Assembly (NCBI RefSeq): GCF_963921235.1
Contig: NC_086101.1
Location: 11,348,001 to 11,412,000 of the forward strand
Direction of reading: 5' to 3'
DNA: 64,000 nt
Source of the DNA: Mobula hypostoma
Lineage: Eukaryota
Position numbers and translations under genes: made by a program. Below, piece after piece: positions 13,301 to 25,300 of the stretch. The notes beneath the pieces are model-generated. The model did no database searches, was not told the DNA's origin, and was given only the letters and a program-made list of their open reading frames with translations. Every line of letters begins with the position of its first letter. The first letter of the stretch is position 1.

Positions 13301-16300
13301 TTAAATATACGTGAAGACTTGGCCCCTGCAGCTGTCTGTGGCAAAAATTCCACGGATTCACCACTCTCTGGCTAAAGAAATTCCTTCTCATCTCCATTCT
13401 AAAAGGATGCCCTTCTATTCTGAGGCTATGTCCTCTGGTATTAGGCTCTCCCACCATAGGAATAATCCTCTCCACATCCACTCTGTCAAGCTTTTCACCA
13501 TTTGATTGGTTTCAATGAGGAATATCAAGCAGTAGTAAATCAAGGCAACCGGACTTGCTGTGTTGTCTGATCCACGGTGGGTAGTTTTCTGGCTTATAAT
13601 ACCTGGAAAACTACCCACATTGGATTAGAACTGAAGAAGCCTCTCTGATGAGTGGCGAAATATCTTCTCGACAACACAGCAAGTCCAGTTGCCTTGATAT
13701 GGCCCTTGTGGCTACAGGGGTCAGGGGGTATGGAGGGAAGGCTGGGTTCTGAGTTGGATGATCAGCCATGATCATAATAAATGGCGGTGCAGGCTCGAAG
13801 GGCCGAATGGCCTACTCCTGCACCTATTTTCTATGTTTCTATGTTTCTATGTTTCTATGATTTACTACTGCTTGATGTACAATGAACAAGGTACTGTATT
13901 TAAATACGCGTAGCATTTGGAATAAGGTGGACAATATTGTGGCGCAATTAGAGATTGGTCGGTATGACGGTGTGTGGATCACTGAGTCGTAGCTGAAAGA
14001 AGGCAATAGTTGGGAGTTTAACATCAAAGGATATATTTTGTATCAAAAGGAAAGGCAGGAAGGCATTGTTGGTGGTGTGGCTCTGTGTGTAAGAGATGGA
14101 ATTGCATCTTTAGATGGAGGTGGCATAATGTCAGAGAATGTTGAACCTTTGTGGGTGGAGTTAAGAAATTGCAAGGATTAAAAAGTCCATTGTGGGAATC
14201 ATATATAAGCCTCCAAATAGTAGCCAAGATGTGGGGTTGAGATTCCAAAGGGAGCTGGAAAGGGTAATGACACAATTGTAATGGGGGACTTCAATATGCA
14301 AGGGTGTTGGGAACATCAGGTTGGTGTCAGATCACAAGGGAGGGAATTTGTTGAATGCCTATGAGATGGCTTTTTAAAGCAGCTTGTGCTTGAGCCTGCT
14401 GGGGAAAGGTTATCTGAGATTGAGAATTGGGTAATAACCCAGATCTTATTAGGGAGCTTAATGTAAAGGAACCCTTAGGAGGTAATGATTACAATAGGAT
14501 TGAATTCATAATGCAATTTGAGAGGGAGAAGCATAACTCACATGTATCTGTATCGCAATGTAATAGAGGGAATTGCAGGTGCATGAGGAAGGAGCTTGCC
14601 CAGGCGGATTGGAGGATATTGGCAGGGATGACCCTGGGATGTCATCTTATGAGGATTTATGTAGGAGACTTACAGGGATGACGGTGGAGCAGAGATGGCT
14701 GAAGTTTCTGGGAATAGTTCACAAGGCGCAGGATAGATATGTCCCACAGAGGAAAAAGTTCTCAAATGGCAGGGGTAAGCAACTGTGGATGACAAAGGAA
14801 GTTAAGGACTGCATATATGACAAAGAAAGTGCATATGTGGTAGCAAAAGTGAGTGGGAAGTTGGATGATTTAAAATCCAACAAAAAGGCAACCAAAAAAG
14901 CTAAAAGGAAAAGATGAAATATGAAAGCAGACCAGCCAGTAATATAAAGCAGAATACCAAAAGTTTTTTTTTCAGTTAAATAAAGAGTATAAGGGAGGTG
15001 AGAGTTGATAATGGACCACTGAAAAAGGAAGCTGGTGAGGTAGTAATGGGGGACAAAAAAATGGCAGATGAACTTAATGGGTGCTTTGCATCTGTCTTCA
15101 CTGTGGAAGACACGAGCAGTTTGCCGGACATCCGTGAGTGTCAGGGAGCAGGAGTGAGTGCCATTGCATTTACAAAGGAAAACGTGCTAGGCAAGCTCAA
15201 AGGTGCCTAAGACAGATTCCTGAGAGAGGTTGCTGAAGAGATATCAGATGCATTGGTCATGACCTTTCAAGGATCACTTGATTCTGACTTGTTCCTGGAG
15301 GACTGGAAAATTTCAAATGACTTCACTCTTTAAGAAGGGAGGAAAGCAAAAGAAAGTAAATTATAAGCCAGTTAGCCTAACCTCAGTGGTTGGGAAAGTG
15401 TTGAAGTCTATTGTTAAGGATGAGGTTTCGAGGTACTTGGAGACTAATGATAAAATAAGTCGAAGTCAGCATGGTTTCTGTGAAGAGAAATCTTGCCTGA
15501 CAAATCTGTCAGAGTTCTTCGAGGAAGAAGCAGGGTGGACAAAGGAGAGAGAGTGGATATCATTTACTTGGATTTTCAGAAGGCATTTGATAAGGTGCCA
15601 CACATGAGGCTGCTTAACAAGATACAATCCTATGGTTTTGCAGGAAAGATACTGGCATGGATAGTGACAGGCAGGAGGCAGTGAGTGGGAATAAAGGGGG
15701 CCTTTTCTGGTTGGCTGTTGGTGACTAGTGGTGTTCCCCAGGGGTCAGTATTGAGACTGCTACTTTTCACATTGTTTGTCAGTGATTTAGATAATGGAAT
15801 TGATCGTTTTGTGGCAAAGTCTGTGGATGATACGAAGAGAGATGGAGGGGTAGGTAGTACTGAGGAAGCAATGTAGTTGCAGCAGGACTTGGACAAATTG
15901 GAAGGATGGGCAAAAAATGGCAGATGGAATACAGTATTGTGAGGTGTATGATAGTGCATTTTGGTAAAAGGAACAACAGTGCAGACTGTTATCTAAATGG
16001 GGAGAAGGTTCAAATATCAGAAGTGCAGAGGGACTTGGGAGTTCTCATGCAAGGCTCCCAGAAGGTAATTTACAGGTTGATCCTGTGGTAAAGAAGGCAC
16101 ATGCAATGTTGGTATTTATTTCAAGGGGAGTAGAATATCAAAGCAAGGAGATAATACCGAACCTTTATAAGACGGGTCGGGCCACGGTTTTGGTCCCCAT
16201 ATCGCAGAAAGAATGTAATGTCATTAGAAAGAGCCAAGAAGAGGTTGACGAGAAAGTGTCCCGAATGAAGTGGTTAACATATGAGGAGTGTTTGGCAGCT

Positions 16301-19300
16301 TTGGGTGTGTACTCACTGGAATTTAGAAGAATGCATGGGGATCTCATTGAAACCTACCGAATGTTGAATTTGCCAGGATACTGATTCACCAGCAGTTGGT
16401 CCTTCCAGATACAGGTGTATTTTTACTGCAGTCATTTGAAACACCTTGACTGTACACAGGTCTCCAAAAACAGATCTCTGTTTAACTAATTATGTGACTT
16501 CTAAAAACCATTTTGCTGCACCAGTGATGATTTGGTATGTCATATTAATGGGGATGAATACCTATGCAATCTATTATTCTATGTTTTATATTTGTAATAA
16601 ACTTCGATCATTTTCACTCTGACACGAAAGAATCTTTTTCTGTTAATCAGTTTCAAAATTGCTGAATTAGGTCACCTGTGATTCAATGCTATAAAACAGT
16701 AAAATCTGAAAACTTCCAAGGGGTGAATACTTTTTAGAGGCACTGTGCTTATATATCTGGTTCCTTTCAAGACCTTCCAATAACTTTCCCACAACTAATA
16801 TCAGACTCACCAGCCTGTAATTTCCCTGGTTCAGAGCCTGTTTTAAACAACACAACAACATTGTCTTTTCTACAATCCTCTGGTACCTGTCCTGTTGCAA
16901 GGGATATTTTAAATACCTCTGCTGGGGTCCCAACAATTTCTGCACACCTCCTGTGTTCTCTTGCTTTTTGTGTCCTCCATAAGCACCTCATATGTTCCTA
17001 CCTGCCTACACCTGCTATGCAACTCCTTTCCTCTCTTAACCCAAGCCTCGGTATCTTTTGAAATCTAAGGTTCCCGACACCTGTTGTCTTTACCTTTTAT
17101 TCTGACAGACAAGTACAAGCTTTGCACTGTCAAAATTTGGCTTTGAAAGCCTCCACTTTCAAAGTACACTTTTGCCAGAAAACAGCCACTCCCAATCCAC
17201 ATTTGCCAGATCATTTCTGATGACATGAAAACAGGCCTTGCTCCAATTTAGAATCTCAACCCGTGGACCAGACCTATATTTTGACATATTTACTTTAAAA
17301 ATCCAAGTACATCAACTAATTCTCCTTTATCTGTCCTGCTTGATATTTCTTTAAAGAATTCCAACAGATCTGTCAGGCAAGATTTTCCCTTGAGAAAACA
17401 GTGCTGACTACAGACTATTTTATCATATGCATCCAAGTCCCTCATCTTTAAAAATTCACTCCAACATCTTCCCAACCACTGAGGTCAGACCAACTGGCCT
17501 ATAATTTCCTTTCTTCTGACTCTCTGCTTTCTGAAGAGTGGAGTAACATTTGCAATTTTCCGGTCTTCTGCACCCATTGTAGAATCTAGTGATTCTTGAA
17601 ATATCATTGTTAATACCTCCATGATCTCTTCAGCCACCTCTTTTAGCACTCGGGGTGTACGCTATCTGGTCCAGTGACTGATCTACCATCAGTTTCCCAT
17701 GAACATTCTTTCCTGTTATGGTAGCTTCACACACCTCATGACCCCTGACACCTAGAACTTCCACCATACTGGTAGTGCCCCGCACAATGAAGACTGATGC
17801 AAAATACTTCTTCAGCTCATCTGCCATTTTATTGTCCCCCATTACTAGCTCTCCAGCATCATTCTTGAGTGGTCCAATATCCACTTTCACCTCTCTTTTA
17901 CATTCTGTATATCTGAAGAAACTTTTGGCATCCTCTTTAATATTATTGGCTAGCTTACTTTAATATCCCATCTTTACCTTCTTAATTACTTTTTAGTTGG
18001 CTTTAAAAGCTTCTCAATCCTTTTAACTTCCCACTATTTTTTCTCTATTATACACCCTCTCTTTGGCTTTTATGTTGGCTTTGACTTCTCTTGTTAGCCA
18101 CGGTTGTGTCATCTTTACTTTTGAAAATTTCTCCTATTTGGGATTGCATATATGCTGTGCCTTCTGGATTGCTTACAGAAATTCCAGGCATTGATGCTGT
18201 GCTGTCATCCCTGCCAGTGTTCTTTTCCAGTCAATTCCAGCCATCTCCTCTCTCATGCCTCTGGAATTCCCCTTACTCCACTGTAATACTGATACATCTG
18301 ACTTTAGCTTCTCCTTCTCAAATTTCAGGGTGAATGTTATCATATTATGATCACACTCCCCTGAGGGTCCTTTTACCTGAAGCTCTTTAATCAATTGTGG
18401 TTCATTGCACAACACCCAATCCAGAATAGCTGATCCTCTATTGGGCTCGACGAGCTGCTCTGAAAAGCCATCTTGTCGGCATTCCGGAAATTCCCCCTGC
18501 ACCAGCCTGATTTTCCCAATCCACCTGCATATTGAAATCCCCCATGGCTATTGTAATATTGTCCTTGTGGCATGCATTTTCTATCTCCCATTATAATTAG
18601 TAGGCCACATACTTACTACTACTTGGGGGTCTGTATGCAACTCCCATCAGGGTCTTTTTACCCTTGCAGTTCCTTAGCTCTATCCAGAATGCTTCAACAC
18701 CTTCTGGCCTATGTCACCTCTTTCTAATGATATCACTTTTTACCAACAGAGCAACACTGCTCCCTCTGCTTTCCTGCCTGTCCTTTCGATACAATGTGTA
18801 TCCTCGGGCATTATGATCCCAACTATAATCTTCTTTCAGCCATGATTCAGTGATGCCTACGACATCATACCTGCCACGATCTGGTGTGACAGTCAAATGC
18901 CCGGGAATGTAAGAAGCTGCAGGGAAAAGTGGACTCAGCCCAGTACATCAGGGGCAAATCCCTCCCCACCATTGGTAGTATCTACAGGAGGTGCTGCCTC
19001 AAGAAGGCAACATCCATCATCAAAGATTTTCACCATTCAGCCATGCCCTCTCCTTGCAGTGACCATTAGGCAGAAGCTACAGAAGCCTGAAGCCCCCACA
19101 CAACCAGGCTCAGGAATAGCTACTTTCCTTCACCTGTTCAGTTCATCAACTAACTCACAAAACTCTAATCACTACCTCAATATAACAACACGATGACAAC
19201 CTTGATCACTTTGCACTACAACAGAGATTGTTTCTTTTTCATTATGATTGTGTTCTTTCTTGTAAAAATTATGTGTAGTTTATGTTTTCCTTGTGAATGC

Positions 19301-22300
19301 TACCTCTGTGACATTGTAAAGCCTGTGATGTTGCTGCAAGTGTGTTTCTCTTTTGGCCTGATGCTTTCATGGACTTGTGCATATGACAGTAAACAACATT
19401 GAAACTTTGAAGAGACAATTTGTCAGGCACACGGACAAGGAAGGTTGAGGAGGATCTGGGCTAAACACTGGCAAATGGGACTAGTTTGGACGGGGCATGT
19501 TGGTCATCATGGACCAGTTGGGCTGATGGACCTGTTTCTGTGCTGTATATCTCTACAATTAAACATCAGTGACAGTGATGAAGTCTCAGAGCCTCCATTA
19601 TAACAGTCCATTGCAGCCATTTCTGGTTCTTCCAGTGAACACCTATTAATGTTACAGGAGGAGGCTGCTTGGGCAGTTGTGGACTTTCCACCCAAATGGA
19701 ATTTTACTGATCTAATTTTGCTGGGGTGCATTGCAGATTTTTTCATTGTCTCATTCACTGATCTTTATTCTACAGATGATCTCTTCCCTGCTGTTCCTGA
19801 ATGGGTCCTGCCACTGGTCGTCACCATTTGTGTTGTAATTGCTGCAAACTTCACCCTGATTTATTGGAATGTGAAACAAAACAGATGTATAAAAGGTACG
19901 TTTCTGCAATATTGTGAAGTACAGGGCTGGAAATCCAGTGGAAAATCTCCCAGTTTCCCTCTGAAATTGAAAGCCAGAGCATTTTCTGGAGAAATCATGT
20001 AAAATCCACATTTCCCAGCAGTCTCTGACATTCCAGCAGTGAACGTTGTCTCTGGAAAGAATATTTGTAGCCATAGAGCTGGGAAGTAAGGAAGAAAACT
20101 GCCCGATGTTGCATCTCCTGTGTCTGCATGATGAAGTGCCAGGAGGTTCAACTGGTCACTGATTCACTTGTACTTCCTGTAACTTGGTTCCCGATATTTC
20201 GGCTCCTCTGCAGTGGTGAAACTGGGTACACTTTGTACGATAACTTTGTTTAATAGCTCAAACCAAATTTTAAAACTATGCATTTTGATTGTGCAACCTA
20301 TCCCACTCTAAGCTCTCCACTCACGGTGTCCTACAATGTTCTCAAAGGCTTAACAGAGGATGAAGAACAGAACTTCATCTTTTAAGTAGGAAAGCACAAA
20401 AGTGCTGGAGGAACTCAGTATCTGTGGAAAGGAATAAACAGTCAACGTCTCAGAGCAAGACCCTTGATTGGAAAGGAAGGGTGAGGAAGCCTGCAAGAAC
20501 ATGGGTGGAGGGGAAGGAGTACAATCCAGAGGCTGGTAGGTGAAGGAAGGTGAGGGAAACATTGGTGGATGAGGGAGAGAATTGAAGTGTGAAGATGGGA
20601 GATGATAGATGGAAAAGGTAAAGGGCTGAAGAGAAGGGATCTTGTAGGAGAGGAGAGTGGATCATGGGAGATCAGGAAGGAGGAAGGAGCTGATAGGCAG
20701 GGTAGGAGAAGCAGTAAGAGAGGAGTCAGAATGGAGTATGGAAAAAGAGAGAAGAGGAAGGGCATCAGAGGGAGGTGATATGCAGGTTATGAGAAGAGAA
20801 GGGGTAAAAGAGGAGTCAGAATGGGGAATGAGAAAAGAGAGGGGGAGGGAGGAGAAATTGATATTGATGCCATCAGGTAGGAAGCTACCCAGACGGGATA
20901 TCAGGTGTTGCTCCTCCAACATGAGAGTGGCCTCATTGTGCCTGGAGAGGAGGCCATGGACCAGTATGTTGGAATGGGAAAGGGGATTGGCATTAAAATG
21001 GCTGGCCACTGGGAAATCCTGCTTGAAGGGGCTGACCAGACAATCCCCCAATCTACATCAGGTCTCACAAATGTAGGAGAAATCACACTGTGAGCACCAT
21101 ATACAGCTGGTAGCTCACAGCATTTCAAATTCAACACTGAGTTTAACCACTTCAAACCATGGTCACCATGTTCATGTTTTCTGACAGCAACTGTTGGTAA
21201 TGGTTTTTGTGTTGTCATTTAAACCTTGACCCTAACATTGACCCACGGTGCATTTCCTCACTTGGCTCTTCTGTCTGACATCTGACACCACTTCAACATT
21301 TTTTTGTCTCTGATGGGAGACAGTCAACCATGAGTTTGATGATCCTCTCCGCAGCTGCCTGACCCTCTGAGTGTTCCCCATTCTTTCAGATCTCCAGCTT
21401 CGGAAGTGAAATAATCGTCCTGAAAATGTGTTGTTGTTCTAATATACCACTGGTCTGTCTTTTCAGAGCTGGAACTTCAGAAATTCTTCATAGAATCCGG
21501 TAAGATTTCAGTATTGGAATATTCAGAAACTATAAAGAATAACAGTTTTATATAATAAAATCAACCTTTTCTTCTGTTAGCATTAATTATTTAAATCCCT
21601 CATGACATTGCTTTGTTTAGAGATTCATAAATTAAGAATAATAAACTAATTTCCTGTATTTTACAACCAAGGCTTCTTGAAATAGTCTTGATGAAATACA
21701 AGGACCTTAGAATAGGAGCAAGCAATCTTCTCTGGGAACAGTGGCTTAAGCAGAATCTGTCGGGGCTATAACCATTAGCATAATGGTTGGTGAGGGAAGT
21801 TATTTTTCACATTTAGGGTAAAAACTACATCAAGACTGGATGTTTTGGGTTGAAACCCTCCATAAAGACTGATGCTGGATTTTGACCAAATATGTCAAAA
21901 TTTCACTTCACTCCCCCAACATTCTCCCCCCACCCCCCGAGACGCTGGTCACTGATTTCCTCCACCCATTGTTTGTTGTGTGAATGAAATGCTCTGAGTG
22001 GAATTTTCCAAACCCTTGTGCTTTGGGTGATTCCCCCCAACCTCGAGAACATGGTGGCAACTTCCTAGAACTGGGTTTGTATTTCTGCACCGAACATCAA
22101 TCACCACTCTGACGCAGGCTGGTAATATTACAGGGTCAGATGTTGCTGATCCCAGCCTACATTCACCCTGTGTCTGCACCCGCGTTCTGCAGCGCGACAG
22201 TCCCAAAAGGTCCGATCAGCATCATTGGTTTATCACAGGACAAAACACCAATGAAACGAAGAGCAACTCAGTCACAGATGTTAGAGTCAGCATGGCCACT

Positions 22301-25300
22301 GACTGGTCCAACGACACAGTCACATGAAATGTATTTAATATATTGTCAGTGTTCTTGTGTGTCATTAAAGTAAATCTTAGTTTTTATTTATAAAGTTACT
22401 TTTATTAACGTTTCCATTGTGGTTTGCCTTTATATATTTTAGGAAAATGGAAACCCCTCGAGCAGTCAGGTATGTGTCCTCACTCCTCTCTCACCCCTCT
22501 CCCTTCCCCCTCCCTACCCCTCCACCCCTCTTAACCCCCTCACTCCCCGCTCACTCTCCCCCCCATCCTCCCCTCTCTCCCACCCCCCTCCCACCGCCTC
22601 TCTCTCAACCCCTCTCTCTCCCACCCATCTCTCTTCCCTCTCCCCACACCCCCTCACTCCTCTACATCCCTCTCCCTCCCTGAATGAGGATCAAGGCCGG
22701 ATGATGGGACACAACTCATCCCACCAGGAGAAGGGCAAAGGTCAGACATTTCCTGTTGAAGAAAGCGAGGGATATGTTAATTCAGGAGTTCGTGTACTTG
22801 GGTCAGTGAACCCTCCACCAACATTCTGTTTGAATCTGACAGGATCCTCTCTCCATGCGGCAACAATAGCTCGAGCCAATTCTACAGCTCATTCTCTTCG
22901 AGAATTTCTCCCATTGGTGGTGGGATTGGTAAACTTTCCCTGCACTGAGAGGGAATTACTGCATCACCGTCCACTCCCAGACAAGATGATCGTGGACTTG
23001 GTTAAGTCCAGGGGTCCTGGCTCATCAGACAGCAAAGCCTCCTTTGCCAGTGATCTACAGCAGGATCTCCAACCTTCACCATCCATATTTTCCACAAGTT
23101 GTGTAAATAAGTATGTGACTTTTTCTTCCTAGATCCTGTCAGCAAGTTTTCATCAGCAGGTCCAAACTTTAACATGGATTTGGCTGAATTCTGCAGTGAC
23201 AATCATTTACCATCAGTGGATCTCAGGGCTGAATTCTTTTTATGATCCACGTTCTCAGCTGCAGCCGTCCGGCAGATGAGCTTTACCTGTGAGATGGACT
23301 GACGTGTAAATTTAGTCAGGATTTTCTGTTCAACTGCACGGATGGAAATTGAATTGAACTGAAATTGTATTATTACTTTAACAAGCACCAGAAATTTGTC
23401 TTGCATGCTGTTCGTACAGATTAATTGCAACAGGGCAGGTACCAGAGGACTGTAGAAAAGACAATGTTGTTATGTTGTTTAAGAAGATGAAGAAGGATCA
23501 GGCAGCACGGAACAAATGAGGTACTTGAGTATCAGAAATGCAAGCAAACACTTGAGAGGAAATCAGGAGGCTAAAATAAGCCGTGAAGTTGCTCCAGCAG
23601 ACAAGGTGAAAAACAATCCCAAGGACTTCTACAGATATGTGAAGAACAAAAGAATAGCACGGGACAAAACTGACCCACTTGAAGATCAGTGTGGCATCTG
23701 TGCATGGAGCCTAAAGAGATGGAGGGAAATCTTAAATGGATTTTTTACATCTGTAGTTGCTCAGGAGATGGACAGAGTCTCTAGCAGTGAGGCAAAACAG
23801 CAGGGAGATCATGGACCGTATGGAGCTGACAGAGGAGGATGTGTTGCTGAATTAGGGTGAATAAACACCCAGGGCTTGACAAAGTCCCCCTTCAGACCAT
23901 GTAGGATGTTAGTGCAGAAATTGCAGGGATCCTAACAGAGATATTTAAAGCTTCCTCAGCCACAAGGGAGATGCCAGAGGATTGGAGGAGAGTTAATATT
24001 GTTCCATCGTTTAAGAAAGGAACATAGGAATAATCCAGGAAATTATATAGACAGCTTAGTCTGCCATGGGTAGCGGGTAAGCTATTCCAAGGGACAGGAA
24101 ATTTCAGTATTTTGGACAGACAAGAACTGATTAGGGATAGTCTGCATGACTTTGTCTGTGATAACTCATGTCTAATCTGTCTTACAGAGTCTTTCCAGGA
24201 AGTTACCAGTAAGGTTGTTGAAGGAAAGACAGTGAATGTTGTCTACATGGACTTTAACAAGGCCTTTGACAAGATGCCGTTTGGGAGTTTATTCAGGGTG
24301 TTTCAGTCGCTTGCCATTGAGGATGAGGTAGCAAATTGGATTTGACATTTGCTTCACAGGAGAAGCCAGTGAGAGGTAGTAAATGATTGCCTCTCTGACT
24401 GGTGCCCTGTGACTAGTGGAGTGCTGCTGGGGTCGGTGGGAGGTCCATTATTGTTTGTCTTCTGTATCACCGATCTGGATCATAATGTGATAAACTGCAA
24501 CAGCAAATTTTCAGATGACACCAAGATTGTGGGTCTGATGGACAGGGAGGAAGGCTATCAAAGCTTTCAGCAGGATGGATCAACTGGAACCATGGGCTGA
24601 AAAATGACAGATGAAATTTCATGCAAATAAGTGTTAGGTGTTGCACTTTGGAAGGACAAACCAGGGTGGGAATTGCAGGGTGAGGGGTCGGACACTGAGG
24701 AACAGAAGGATTGAGGAATACAGATCTTTAATTCCTTGAAAGTTGTGTCACAGGTTGTAAAGAGAGGTTTGGCACGTTGGCCTTCATAAATCATAAATTG
24801 AGTTCAGGAGTTGCAATGTTATGTCGAAAACATTGGTGAGGCCAAGTCTGGAGTATTATCTGCAGTTCTGGTCACCCACCTACAGGAAAGATCAATACGA
24901 TTGAAAACGAGTACAGAGACAACTTGCACGGATGCTGATGGGGCTTGAGGACCTACCTGAGTTATCAGGCAGGGTTAAATAGATTAGAACTTTATTCCAC
25001 TGAGTGTAGGAGAATGAGGGGCAATTTGACAGAAGTGTACACAATTATGAGGAGTATGGAATGGGTAAATGCATGCAGACATTTTCACTGAGGTTGAATG
25101 AGACTAGAACTAGAGAGCATAGGACAAGAACCATCCTCCATAATTATCTTGCAACTAATGGAATTATGATCACTCGATCAAAAGTGTTCCCCTCCACACA
25201 CTTCTGTCGCCTGCCTTGTCTGTTTCCCTATCACACACTCTCAAGTTGCAACCTCTATATATTGATGAAGGAACATTTCCTGAAAACAGTTGACAAACTC

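Noticed and set aside
14623..14682. 40-bp insert flanked by a cagggatgac direct repeat
   Set aside because: A real but trivial micro-insertion inside a dead CR1.
19896..20002. Open frame continuing past the TM exon donor (possible short-tailed isoform)
   Set aside because: A good donor at 19896 and in-phase downstream exons explain the locus; 35 open codons can occur by chance.
22417..22683. Proline-rich 88-aa ORF
   Set aside because: Translation of the C/T tract; the micro-exon is read in another frame.
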